From: Nemertoderma westbladi | Taxonomy: Eukaryota > Animalia > Xenacoelomorpha | DNA: 64,000 bases | Reading direction: 5' to 3' | Assembly (NCBI GenBank): GCA_032718475.1 | Contig: JAUCBJ010007649.1 | Location: 1-64,000 of the forward strand | Shown here: piece after piece, positions 11,648-22,682 of the stretch | Layout of the letters: each line of letters starts with the position of its first letter | How positions within the stretch are numbered: the first letter of the stretch is position 1 | Position numbers and translations under genes: made by a program | Notes under the pieces: generated by a model | What the model was told of the DNA's origin: nothing | The model's input: the letters and a program-made list of their open reading frames with translations, nothing else | The model's database searches: none

Positions 11648-13820
11648 GATAATGGTGAAAAATATCGAGACTTGAAAAATATCGAGAGTAAAAATAACGA
11701 GATTAAAAATATCGAGAGTAAAAATATCGAGTTTTGAAAAATATCGAGAGTAAAAATATCGAGAGTATAAATATCCAGTATTGAAAAATATCGAGAGTAA
11801 AAATATCGAGTGTTGAAAAATATCGAGAGTAAAAATATCGAGTGTTGAAAAATATCGGGAGTAAAAATATCCAGTGTTGAAAAATATTGAGAGTAAAAAT
11901 ATCGAGTGTTGAAAAATATCGAGTGTTGAAAAATATCGAGAGTAAAAATATCCAGTGTTGAAAAATATTGAGAGTAAAAATATCGAGAGTAAAAATATCG
12001 AGAGTAAAAATATCGAGAGTGTTGAAAAATATCGAGAGTAAAAATATCCAGTGTTGAAAAATATTGAGAGTAAAAATATCGAGTGTTGAAAAATATCGAG
12101 AGTGAAAATATCGAGTGTTGAAAAATATTGAGAGTAAAAATATCGAGAGTAAAAATAACGAGTGTTGAAAAATATCGAGAGTAAAAATATCGAGTGTTGA
12201 AAAATATCGAGAGTAAAAATATCCAGTGTTGAAAAATATTGAGAGTAAAAATATCGAGAGTAAAAATATCGAGTGTTAAAAAAAACCAAAGGGTAAAAAT
12301 ATCCAGTGTTGAAAAATATTGAGAGTAAAAATATCGAGTGTTGAAAAACATCGAGTGTTGAAAAATATCGAGAGTAAAAATATCGAGAGTAAAAATATCG
12401 AGAGTAAAAATAACGAGTGTTGAAAAATATCGAGAGTAAAAATATCGAGTGTTGAAAAATATCGAGAGTAAAAATATCCAGTGTTGAAAAATATTGAGAG
12501 TAAAAATATCGAGAGTAAAAATATCGAGTGTTAAAAAAAACCAAAGGGTAAAAATATCCAGTGTTGAAAAATATTGAGAGTAAAAATATCGAGTGTTGAA
12601 AAACATCGAGTGTTGAAAAATATTTAGAGTAAAAATATCAAGAGTAAAAATATCGAGTGTTGAAAAACATAGAGTGTTGAAAAATATTTAGAGTAAAAAT
12701 ATTGAGTGTTGAAAAATATCGAGAGTAAAAATATCCAGTGTTGAAAAATATTGAGAGTAAAAATATCGAGTGTTGAAAAATATCGAGAGTGAAAAATATC
12801 GAGTGTTGAAAAATATCGAGAGTAAAAATATCGAGTGTTGAAAAATATCGAGTGTTGAAAAATATCGAGTGTTGAAAAATATCGAGAGTAAAAATATCGA
12901 GAGTAAAAATATCGAGTGTTGAAAAATATCGAGAGTAAAAATATCGAGAGAAAAAATATCGAGTGTTGAAAAATATCGAGAGTAAAAATATCGAGTATTG
13001 AAAAATATCGAGTGTTGAAAAATATCGAGTGTTGAAAAATATCGACTGTTGAAAAATATCGAGTGTTGAAAAATATCGAGTGTTGAAAAATATCGAGTGT
13101 TGAAAAATATCGAGAGTAAAAATATCGAGTGTTGAAAAATATCGAGAGTAAAAATATCGAGTGTTGATTCGGGTAAAAATATCGAGTGTTGAAAAATATC
13201 GAGAGTAATTTTGAGTGAGCATTTTATTTAGAATTATGGGACAATATTGCAGTGCATGGGTTACAACGGTGAAAGAACCTATTTACCATATTTATTATAC
13301 TAGCTAGTTTTTGCTATTTTTTAATAAATATTATAGAAGAAGTGCTAGCTATCAATTTTGATAAATATTTTTGTTCTAGAACACATTTTTTTGTACTAGA
13401 ACATTTTTAGGAAGAAAATTATCATACAACCCTTATTAAAAAAAATTGTTACTATCGATATTTGTACTCTCGATATTTTTCAACACTCGATATTTTTACT
13501 CTCGATATTTTTCAACACTCGATATTTTTCAACACTCGATATTTTTACTCTCGATATTTTTCAACACTCGATATTTTTACTCCGATATTTTTCAACACTC
13601 GATATTTTTACTCTCGATATTTTTCAACACTCAATATTTTTATTCTCGATATTTTTCAACACTCGATATTTTTACTCTCGATATTTTTACTCTCGATATT
13701 TTTACTCTCGATATTTTTTGAACTCTCGATATTATCGTTATTTTTTAATACTCGATGTTTTTTCTCGCGTTATTTTTACTCTCGATATTTTTTATGTCTC
13801 GATATTTTTCAATATAACTC
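11648..13820. mobile_element. Foldback-type non-autonomous DNA transposon with tandem-repeat inverted arms
   Basis: Left arm 11648-13208 of AAAAATATCGAGAGT / GAAAAATATCGAGTGTT-type modules, about 240-bp spacer, right arm 13451-13820 in reverse complement; (C)TGCATAC direct repeat at 11640-11647 and 13820-13827. Confidence 0.82.
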
Positions 13821-13973
13821 TGCATACAGTACAAAATAAATTTCTGAAACATCGCAATGGGAAATACACATTAAATTGGTAACATAAAGGTAATATAACT
13901 GGTAAATTGGAGTTGAGCTGTTAATGCAACTGTAATTAAAGATGTAATATTATGGTTTTGTTCAGAAATTGAG

Positions 13974-14069
13974 AAAAAAAGTCACCGGGGGTTGAACCAG
14001 TGCTATACGTACGTTTCAGCCTATCAGGCCTCATCAGTTGTAGCGCTAACCAGTTCAGCCACTTGTCCC
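13974..14069 (-). ncRNA. tRNA-derived Pol III unit containing a type I hammerhead ribozyme core
   Basis: Minus strand: A-box GTGGCTGAACTGG, CTGATGA-GGCCT GAT AGGCT-GAAAC GTAC GTA, B-box/T-arm CACTGG TTCAACCC CCGGTG, then T7. Stem I is imperfect. Confidence 0.65.
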
Positions 14070-14725
14070 TGACATTCACTATCCCACCTAATCCACTTCT
14101 ATTGAACAGGCTGTCTTAAGTTGCATATCCTATCTCAACTCCAATTTATTTATCACCTGGCAGCAATACTCGAGCTGAATATTTATTTATTTGTACTTTC
14201 CTCCTGTTTCACTCTAACATACTTGTGGCCGGTAGGTCCGCTGTTAGAGATAGGATATAGAGAGAGATGGGATATAGAGAGAGGAAGAAGTCCTTGGGGC
14301 AGAAATCGATAGAAACTCATATTATTTTGTTAGTTTTTGAGGGAGATAGACCCCTGGCTTCCAACATTAGTGAATTTATGATGAACAACTCCCTAACGAC
14401 GGCGTGTCGGCACATTAGATACTGCTATAATTTATAATTATCTTCTGGTACTCTATCTTTCTAGAAGTGAGTTTTGCCCCATTTGATACAACAGAGGTGT
14501 TCTGTATTAATGTAACTCTGGAAGTAAACTAGGAGTAAAGAAAAAGTTTCTCGTTTTAGTTTTAGAAATTGAGTGATACAAACAAGATCGTGGAAAGAGA
14601 TAATATGTACTGGTAATTATTCTTTTATCAGATGAATCACATAGTCTATACCATAACATGCAAATGTGAGAATATACGAGTGCGGTGCCTCCTGTATTTA
14701 ACTGTATTAAGTGGTCTTTGTAACA

Positions 14726-14807
14726 GCTGCGATGGCCGAGTGGTTAAGGCGTTGGACTCGAAATCCAATGGGATATTCCCGCGTAGGTTCAAATCCTACT
14801 CGCAGCG
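14726..14807 (+). tRNA. tRNA-Ser (CGA)
   Basis: GCTGCGA/TCGCAGC acceptor stem, TGGCCGAGTGG A-box, TTGGA-CTCGAAA-TCCAA anticodon arm, long variable arm, GTAGG TTCAAAT CCTAC T-arm; 82 nt. Confidence 0.96.
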
Positions 14808-15174
14808 GATATTTTATTTTATATACAAACTAACTGTATGGAAAATTTAAATAAGGATAACAGGGGCCAGACACAAATCATATCTGGGCGAATTAATAAT
14901 TCCCCTTAATGTTAAACTGTCAATTTAGAGAAAGGAACAGGTTACAGTGGCACGTTTATTCTAACGAAGTGAATCTGTCAATACGAATCTAATTTTAATA
15001 ACTTTTCTAAAAAATGAATTGGCTTTTCAGTTATGGAAAACAGTTTTTAAAAAATATTACGTATTTTTCAATATAACCTAAAAGTAACCCAAGGCCTACT
15101 TTTGGCACTAGTTTCGAAAAGTTTCTTGAAAATTGAATAGGTGAATCTTTTACGATCGTTAAGACAAAGAATTG

Positions 15175-16100
15175 CTGTTCACCACCATGGGTAATCTTCC
15201 GCAGTAAACCGTTCCACTCTGTTTCTTAAAGGAATACTTGTTCTCCACGATGGGTAATCTTCCACAGTAAACCCCCTTCCACTCTGTTTCTTAAAGGAAT
15301 ATCTGTTCACCACCATGGGTGATCTTCCACAGTAAAACCTTCCACTCTGTTTCCTAAAGGGATACCTGTTCACCGCACCGGGTGATCTTACACAGTAAAC
15401 CGTTTTCCACTCTGTTTCTTAAAGGAATACCTGTTCTCCACGATGGGTAATCTTCCACAGTAAACCCTTCCACTCTGTTTCCTATATGAATGCCTGTTCA
15501 CCGCCATGGCTAATCTTCCACAGTAAACCCTTCCACTCTGTTTCCTAAAGGAATGCCCGTTCACCACCATGGGTGATCTTCCACAGTAAACCCTTCCACT
15601 CTGTTTCCTAAAATAATGCCTGTTCACCACCATGGGTGATCTTCCACAGTAAACCCTTCCACTCTGTTTCCTAAATGAATGCCTGTGCACATCGCATGGT
15701 TGATCTTCCACAGTAAACCGCTTTCCACTCTGTTTCCTAAAGGAATGCCTGTTCTCCACCATGGGTGCGATCTTCCACAGTAAACCCTTCCACTCTGTTT
15801 CCTAAAGGAATGCCTGTTCACCACCATGGGTGATCTTCCACAGTAAACCCTTCCACTCTGTTTCCTAAAGGGAATGCCTGTTCACCACCATGGGTGATCT
15901 TCCACAGTAAACCCTTCCACTCTGTTTCCTAAAGGGAATGCCTGTTCTCCACCATGAGTTGATCTTCCACAGTAAACCCTTCCACTCTGTTTCCTAAAGG
16001 GAATGCCTGTTCACCACCATGGGTGATCTTCCACAGTAAACCCTTCCACTCTGTTTCCTAAAGGGAATGCCTGTTCACCACCATGGGTGATCTTCCACTG
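15175..16100. repeat. 63-64-bp tandem minisatellite, about 14-15 copies
   Basis: Unit CTGTTCACCACCATGGGTGATCTTCCACAGTAAACCCTTCCACTCTGTTTCCTAAAGGAATGC; left copies more diverged. Confidence 0.95.
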
Positions 16101-16698
16101 TAATCCTTTATTGAAAATTACATTGGATAAAAGATAAATTTGTACCATCTCTGTTGTTAAGGATTAGAGTTGCTGCACTGTACAATTAATTGTAGAGTCG
16201 CCTACATAGTATTCGAAACAATAAAAGAAGCGGTTAAAAGCTTTCCTATTATGTTCAATTTTGTAGATGGTGGTGGTGGTGCCGTGGTTGTGGATAAAGA
16301 ATATGTTATGTTGTTGTTATTCCTCAAGAACATAAAAATGACATCGTAGTTAGTAATAATGTATTATTCGTACGTTGGCAAGTAAGGTAAGCCTACTTGA
16401 ATTGTATAATTGATGGTGTGTCGGTATGCGTGTGCGCATTCAATATTGGGTTGGAATTTTGCCCAGAAACCTCACTTACTCTATCTATAGCTACACTGTG
16501 TACCCCCATACTCTCAGATCAGATATTGGTTACTATGATATACAAACATTTCCAATTAACTTGTATTGAATTTAGTGTGATAAGGATATTGGTAGGTGGA
16601 CTGCGACATCCTATTGTACCTTATAAATTAAGTAGGCCTAACAGTATATTTTTTCTGGTCTAATACATATAATATTATTGAGCAATATTTATCGAGTT

Positions 16699-19005
16699 AT
16701 GAAAGTTCTAATAATTTTTGCTGCTTTTATAACAAATTTTGCATTGACTGACAGTTTTGACATTGCTGTAGAAGTTAAAGGAGGCCCGAAATCTGCTGCA
16801 ATAGTTGCTCAAAACCACGGACTAAAGTTTGTACGTGAGATTGGAAATCTACCGGATTTGTATTTACTACGATCGGGAGGAGATAGACTGAAGAGAGATG
16901 TCGATCTTTACAAGAGATTGGATGGTGATAACATGGTTGACTGGTATGAGGAGCAGGTGCACCACCACAGGGTTAAACGTGGTGTAATTGGTGAAAGTGA
17001 AACGAATGAGGGCAATAAAGAGTTGTTAACTAGAGGTTCTTTAGCTGATGTTTCGGATTTCATCAAGGGTCATATCAATCAAGAACCTGAATCAATTAGA
17101 GATCATCCTTTGATCGAATTCAATGACAAGTACTACCCGTTGCAGTGGTACCTAGATAATTACGGCCAGGATCCTTTGATTCCTCGCGGGATTGATATGA
17201 ATGTTGGAAGCGCTTGGAAGGCAGGAGTTTCTGGACAAAATGTAGTTGTCAGTATCGTGGATGATGGCATCGATTACACTCACCCGGACCTCTCGGCCAA
17301 TTACGATCCCACAGCTTCAACGGATCTCAATACAGAGAATGAGGATTCCAGAGACCCAATACCGAGGGTCAAAACTGGGGAGAATAGCCATGGCACCAAG
17401 TGTGCTGGGGAGATCGCCATGGTCGCAAATAACCACATATGTGGCGTCGGAGTTGCTTATAATTGTAAAGTCGGAGGAATTCGTATGCTTGATGGCCCTG
17501 TCACCGATGAAATTGAGGCCACCGCTCTGCTTTTCAACTACACTCATGTGGATATATATTCAGCGTGTTGGGGTCCACGGGATGATGGGATGACCATGGC
17601 TAAACCAAAGAAACTCACCACCCAAGCGTTGGAATATGGAGTCACATATGGAAGAAAAGGTAAAGGGTCGTTGTATGTTTGGGCTACAGGGAACGGGGGT
17701 TTACAGGATGACGACTGCAATGCAGACGGCTATGTTTCAAGTCCGTATACTGTGTCCGTAGGGTCAGTGACCTGGGAGGGTCAAGCAGCGTTCTACGACG
17801 AACGTTGTGCTTCAACCATGGCCGTCGCCTACACAGGGAGCGAGCACGAACAAGATGACGACAACGGAAATAGAACACCCGAACATAAACTGGTCACAAC
17901 CGATCTCAACCATAAATGCGTTAAGCGTTTTAGAGGCACCAGTTCTGCGGCCCCGTTGGCTGCCGGGATATTCGCCTTGGTTTTGGAGGCCAACCCGGAG
18001 TTGAGTTGGCGTGATGTGCAGCATATCGTCGCTAGGGGGAGTCGTATACCTAATCCAGAAGCCTCAGGCTGGTATGTCAACGGGGGAGGACTCCACCTCA
18101 ATCGCGACTTGGGATTTGGAGTTCTGGACGCCGGGAAGATGGTTGAACTAGCGTTGACATGGAAACCGGTAGGACGTCGTCATGTCTGTAAAATAAAGTA
18201 CACAGGCGGTCCGATAAAGTTCGGTCCCGAATCGAAAGCAATTAACTTGGAAACATCTGGTTGTAGAAAGTCTCCTAGTCGGGTAACAAACTTGGAACAC
18301 GTTCAGACGGTAATAACATTCCAACACGAACGCAGAGGTTCCGTATCGATTGATTTAAAGTCTCCCCAAGGAACCAACTCAGAGATGTTGTCCACCCGAA
18401 GGAAAGACGATTCCTCCGTCAAGGTCGTTGAGTTTCCGTTCATGTCGGTTCGACATTGGGACGAGAATCCCGTCGGTGTCTGGCGGTTGACGGTGTCTGG
18501 TGGGGAACAGGGCGGAACTTTGTTTAACTACACCCTGGTGCTGTCCGGTACATCCGCCGATTCGGATAACGATGAAAGAGAGGAAGGAACCGAGTCTATA
18601 TACCAAATGTTTGAGGATGAGATGAAGGAACCACAGGAAGTGGAGGTAAACGGTGTTGTTGTAAAAACTGGGGCTTTAGCGGATCCTTGTGATGACTTAG
18701 ATAAATCATGTATCGATGACATTGAAGCTAAGGGAGTGGAAAAACCTAACGAAAATTTACAACGTAAATACAAACAAACGACAAAACTAGATAAAATGAA
18801 AGGCGTTAGAGAAAAACCAGTAAAAAAACATGTTAATATTAAACGGATAAATGGATTAAATACAGCGAAATTACAAAGAGCTTTTCTATCAGATCTAAAA
18901 ACTGAACGCGGATTTAAATCTCTTTCGTATCGGCGATTAAAAGAAAGAAAATTAAATTTAACTTCGAGACAAATTAAACGTTTACAAAGATTGTTAAATA
19001 GTTAA
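16699..19005 (+). CDS. Kexin/furin-family proprotein convertase (S8 peptidase + P domain), single exon, no TM or Cys-rich domain
   Basis: Signal peptide MKVLIIFAAF, prodomain RLKR/RVKR sites, catalytic DDG, HGTKCAGE, GNGG, GTSSAAP, P domain LEHVQ...RRGS...WDENPVGVWRL. Exact PCSK paralog not assignable by eye. Confidence 0.95.
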   Translation: MKVLIIFAAFITNFALTDSFDIAVEVKGGPKSAAIVAQNHGLKFVREIGNLPDLYLLRSGGDRLKRDVDLYKRLDGDNMVDWYEEQVHHHRVKRGVIGESETNEGNKELLTRGSLADVSDFIKGHINQEPESIRDHPLIEFNDKYYPLQWYLDNYGQDPLIPRGIDMNVGSAWKAGVSGQNVVVSIVDDGIDYTHPDLSANYDPTASTDLNTENEDSRDPIPRVKTGENSHGTKCAGEIAMVANNHICGVGVAYNCKVGGIRMLDGPVTDEIEATALLFNYTHVDIYSACWGPRDDGMTMAKPKKLTTQALEYGVTYGRKGKGSLYVWATGNGGLQDDDCNADGYVSSPYTVSVGSVTWEGQAAFYDERCASTMAVAYTGSEHEQDDDNGNRTPEHKLVTTDLNHKCVKRFRGTSSAAPLAAGIFALVLEANPELSWRDVQHIVARGSRIPNPEASGWYVNGGGLHLNRDLGFGVLDAGKMVELALTWKPVGRRHVCKIKYTGGPIKFGPESKAINLETSGCRKSPSRVTNLEHVQTVITFQHERRGSVSIDLKSPQGTNSEMLSTRRKDDSSVKVVEFPFMSVRHWDENPVGVWRLTVSGGEQGGTLFNYTLVLSGTSADSDNDEREEGTESIYQMFEDEMKEPQEVEVNGVVVKTGALADPCDDLDKSCIDDIEAKGVEKPNENLQRKYKQTTKLDKMKGVREKPVKKHVNIKRINGLNTAKLQRAFLSDLKTERGFKSLSYRRLKERKLNLTSRQIKRLQRLLNS

Positions 19006-19220
19006 TATTATTATTGTTTTTTAGTGCGAATTTATTATCAGAAATATTTTCATAATATCTTTCATTATAATCTTATCAATAACTATCTAATATTGCACAT
19101 TGATTAATTATATGTTACGTTTTGTAATATTTTAATCCTTCAGTATTTTTTTACTTGAGTTTTACAAACCTATACGAAGCAGCTGTAATATAAATTACAA
19201 GTATATTTTGTTTAACATTG

Positions 19221-20675
19221 TTCCCAATCTAGTATAGTCAGGTTTGTCAGTGATTGCTGGTTCCCAATCTAGTATAGTCAGGTTTGTAAGTGATTGCTGG
19301 TTCCCAATCTAGTATAGTCAGGTTTGTAAGTGATTGCTGGTTCCCAATCTAGTATAGTCAGGTTTGTAAGTGATTGCTGGTTCCCAATCTAGTATAGTCA
19401 GGTTTGTAAGTGATTGCTGGTTTCCAATCTAGTATAGTCAGGTTTGTAAGTGATTGCTGGTTCCCAATCTAGTATAGTCAGGTTTGTAAGTGATTGCTGG
19501 TTCCCAATCTAGTATAGTCAGGTTTGTAAGTTATTGCTGGTTTCCAATCTAGTATAGTCAGGTTTGTAAGTGATTGCTGGTTCCAATCTAGTATAGTCAG
19601 GTTTGTAAGTGATTGCTGGTTCCCAATCTAGTATAGTCAGGTTTGTAAGTGATTGCTGGTTCCCAATCTAGTATAGTCAGGTTTGTAAGTGATTGCTGGT
19701 TTCCAATCTAGTATAGTCAGGTTTGTAAGTGATTGCTGGTTCCCAATCTAGTATAGTCAGGTTTGTAAGTGATTGCTGGTTCCCAATCTAGTATAGTCAG
19801 GTTTGTAAGTGATTGCTGGTTTCCAATCTAGTATAGTCAGGTTTGTAAGTGATTGCTGGTTCCCAATCTAGTATAGTCAGGTTTGTAAGTGATTGCTGGT
19901 TCCCAATCTAGTATAGTCAGGTTTGTAAGTGATTGCTGGTTTCCAATCTAGTATAGTCAGGTTTGTAAGTGATTGCTGGTTCCCAATCTAGTATAGTCAG
20001 GTTTGTAAGTGATTGCTGGTTCCCAATCTAGTATAGTCAGGTTTGTAAGTGATTGCTGGTTCCCAATCTAGTATAGTCAGGTTTGTAAGTGATTGCTGGT
20101 TTCCAATCTAGTATAGTCAGGTTTGTAAGTGATTGCTGGTTCCCAATCTAGTATAGTCAGGTTTGTAAGTGATTGCTGGTTCCCAATCTAGTATAGTCAG
20201 GTTTGTAAGTGATTGCTGGTTCCCAATCTAGTATAGTCAGGTTTGTAAGTGATTGCTGGTTTCCAATCTAGTATAGTCAGGTTTGTAAGTGATTGCTGGT
20301 TTCCAATCTAGTATAGTCAGGTTTGTAAGTGATTGCTGGTTCCCAATCTAGTATAGTCAGGTTTGTAAGTGATTGCTGGTTCCCAATCTAGTATAGTCAG
20401 GTTTGTAAGTGATTGCTGGTTCCCAATCTAGTATAGTCAGGTTTGTAAGTGATTGCTGGTTCCCAATCTAGTATAGTCAGGTTTGTAAGTGATTGCTGGT
20501 TCCCAATCTAGTATAGTCAGGTTTGTAAGTGATTGCTGGTTTCCAATCTAGTATAGTCAGGTTTGTAAGTGATTGCTGGTTCCCAATCTAGTATAGTCAG
20601 GTTTGTAAGTGATTGCTGGTTCCCAATCTAGTATAGTCAGGTTTGTAAGTGATTGCTGGTTCCCAATCTAGTATA
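19221..20675. repeat. 40-bp satellite, left block (about 36 copies)
   Basis: Unit TTCCCAATCTAGTATAGTCAGGTTTGTAAGTGATTGCTGG, nearly invariant; interrupted mid-unit at 20675. Confidence 0.97.
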
Positions 20676-22682
20676 AGTAGTAATGGTTACCCCTCTTTGG
20701 CGACAGTTTGGTCCTACTTCACACCTTGGGTGTTAAGTAGGTCATTAATTAATTAACCAATTAATTAATTGGTCGATTAAACAATTAATTAATTGTTTAA
20801 TCAATCGACTCGTATCAAATAATGTTGCCAAAGGCAATTTAATTTGATACAAATCAATCAGATAGGGACGCGCGATGAATAAATTGTACTACAGCAAACG
20901 AAATATCGAGGCCCAAAACATAAATATACCCTTTCACCAAAATAAAGTGGCCCCAGTTTGGTCCCGAGTCATCCCTCAATAATCTATGGCTGCTCGGGCT
21001 CTTATTAACCGTATAGCATGACTAACCCAATCATCAATGCGTGAATGGGGCCTGCGTGAATGGGGCCTGCCACAGAGCTTAAATTATTCATACCCACAGC
21101 TTCGTTATTATATCAATTCATCCAAGAAATTAGAATAAACATCTGGTATGGCAATAGATTATTCTTCTTTCACAACTCCATTCTAACCTCCCTCTATAAA
21201 AGCCCCCAGTCACCGCATTCCCATTCATTCTCTAATTTTTATTTTTAAAAGTTTTATTTATTTTCATAAAAGTTTTATTTATTTAAAATTATGTAAAATC
21301 ATTTATCGAAAACTCATAATATCAATTGACATTGCTATATAATGCCTAGTTATGAAAAATGTTTGGTTTGTAATAAAGAAATGAGACAAGACAATCTATC
21401 TCGTCACATGGAAAGACATAGAAAGGATAAACTAATGGATCCATTACCAAAGAAATTTAAAAAATCCGAAGATATTTTTAGTGAAGATGAAAAGAAAAAG
21501 AGAGTTGAGCGTGATATATTAAAGATAAAACAGACAACAGAAAATAAATTTCATAAAGTTATGAATATTTTGAAAAGGATACAAAAACAGTTACCCCTAG
21601 AAAATGATGAAAATTTGAGTGAGGAAAGTGAAGAAGAAGAGGACGATGAGATGGAGAATGAAAATAGTGAGGGTCAGGATGAAGTTGAAGAGAGTGAGGT
21701 TGAGAACGAAGTGAGTGAAGGTCAGGAAGATGACGAAGAAAGTGAAGGTCAGGAAGAGGGTGAAGATAGCGAAGGTCAGGAAGAGAATGAAGAAAGCGAA
21801 GGTCAGGAAGACGATGAAGAAAGTGAAGGCGGGGAAGAGGATGACGAAAGTGAAGGTCAGAAAGAGGATGAAGAAAGTGAAGGTCATGAAGAGGACGAAG
21901 AAAGTGAAGGTCAGGAAAGTGAAGAAGATGATGAAAATGATAATAATAAGGAAATATTGAGACAATTACTTGGAAATAAGAATAAATTGCGGAAAATTAT
22001 TAAACATTTAGAAGAGAATGATGAAAATAAAGAAGAGATATTGAGACAAATATTAGGAAACAAAAATCAAATACGGAAATTTATTAAACAAATGGAAGAA
22101 AATGAGGAAAATAGAGAAGAGATATTAAGACAGGTTCTGGGAAATAAAAGTAAATTACTGAAAATGAATGAACAATTGAATGAAATTAAGAAACAGTTGG
22201 TTAATGAGGAAGATGAAATTAAAGAAAATCAACCAGCTTTTACTTATTTTCGAAGACCTATAACATCAAACTCTCGTACAGTATTTGCTCGCGCAGGACG
22301 ACGCTATTGACATTTGTTTGTTTGAGTTCCTTTCATAATAGTATTAGGACTATTTATCCATAACATTTATATTAGTATTAGGATTACTTATCCCTAATTA
22401 TTATATTAGTATTATAAATGTATTTGCCAACAATATTTATTACTATTAGGTCTATTTATTCAAGAAATTATATGTTTTTATAATATATTTTGGAAAATTA
22501 GTCGACTAAGTCATAATTTTTAAAACTTTAAATAAGGGTGGAGTTATTTTATAAAGTTAAGAAGAGTGAATCAATGGAGGCAACATGAAGTCTAATCTCT
22601 TGACATTTACTCGTAAGACCGCACATTAACTCCCAAGGTTGCATACTATCACTATAGCTGGGAGAGTCAAAGCTAGTATACA
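20676..22682 (+). mobile_element. Left end of a second Polinton/Maverick, truncated, inserted in the 40-bp satellite
   Basis: Starts AGTAGTA exactly at the satellite break; shares position-matched GACAGTT and TTGGGTGT motifs with the reverse complement of the 3364 terminus; no right terminus or hallmark gene present. Confidence 0.7.
21342..22310 (+). CDS. Hypothetical protein: N-terminal C2H2-type zinc finger, acidic repeat tract, three helical repeats
   Basis: CLVC-x12-HMERH; about 10-aa ESEGQEEDEE repeats; three EILRQ.LGNK repeats; TATAAAAG near 21195. Confidence 0.7.
   Translation: MPSYEKCLVCNKEMRQDNLSRHMERHRKDKLMDPLPKKFKKSEDIFSEDEKKKRVERDILKIKQTTENKFHKVMNILKRIQKQLPLENDENLSEESEEEEDDEMENENSEGQDEVEESEVENEVSEGQEDDEESEGQEEGEDSEGQEENEESEGQEDDEESEGGEEDDESEGQKEDEESEGHEEDEESEGQESEEDDENDNNKEILRQLLGNKNKLRKIIKHLEENDENKEEILRQILGNKNQIRKFIKQMEENEENREEILRQVLGNKSKLLKMNEQLNEIKKQLVNEEDEIKENQPAFTYFRRPITSNSRTVFARAGRRY

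Noticed and set aside
11488-13839. ORFs of LDIFT/NTRYFYS repeats
   Set aside because: Translations of the foldback arm modules, open in several frames on both strands.
15175-16100. Unit lengths 63, 63, 62 and 42 bp as multiples of the helical repeat
   Set aside because: Other arrays (37, 40, 24 bp) do not fit; too few cases.
22671-22682. CTAGTATA as right-hand TSD of the 20676 Polinton
   Set aside because: Matches the left flank but is not preceded by ACTACT or any inverted terminal sequence.
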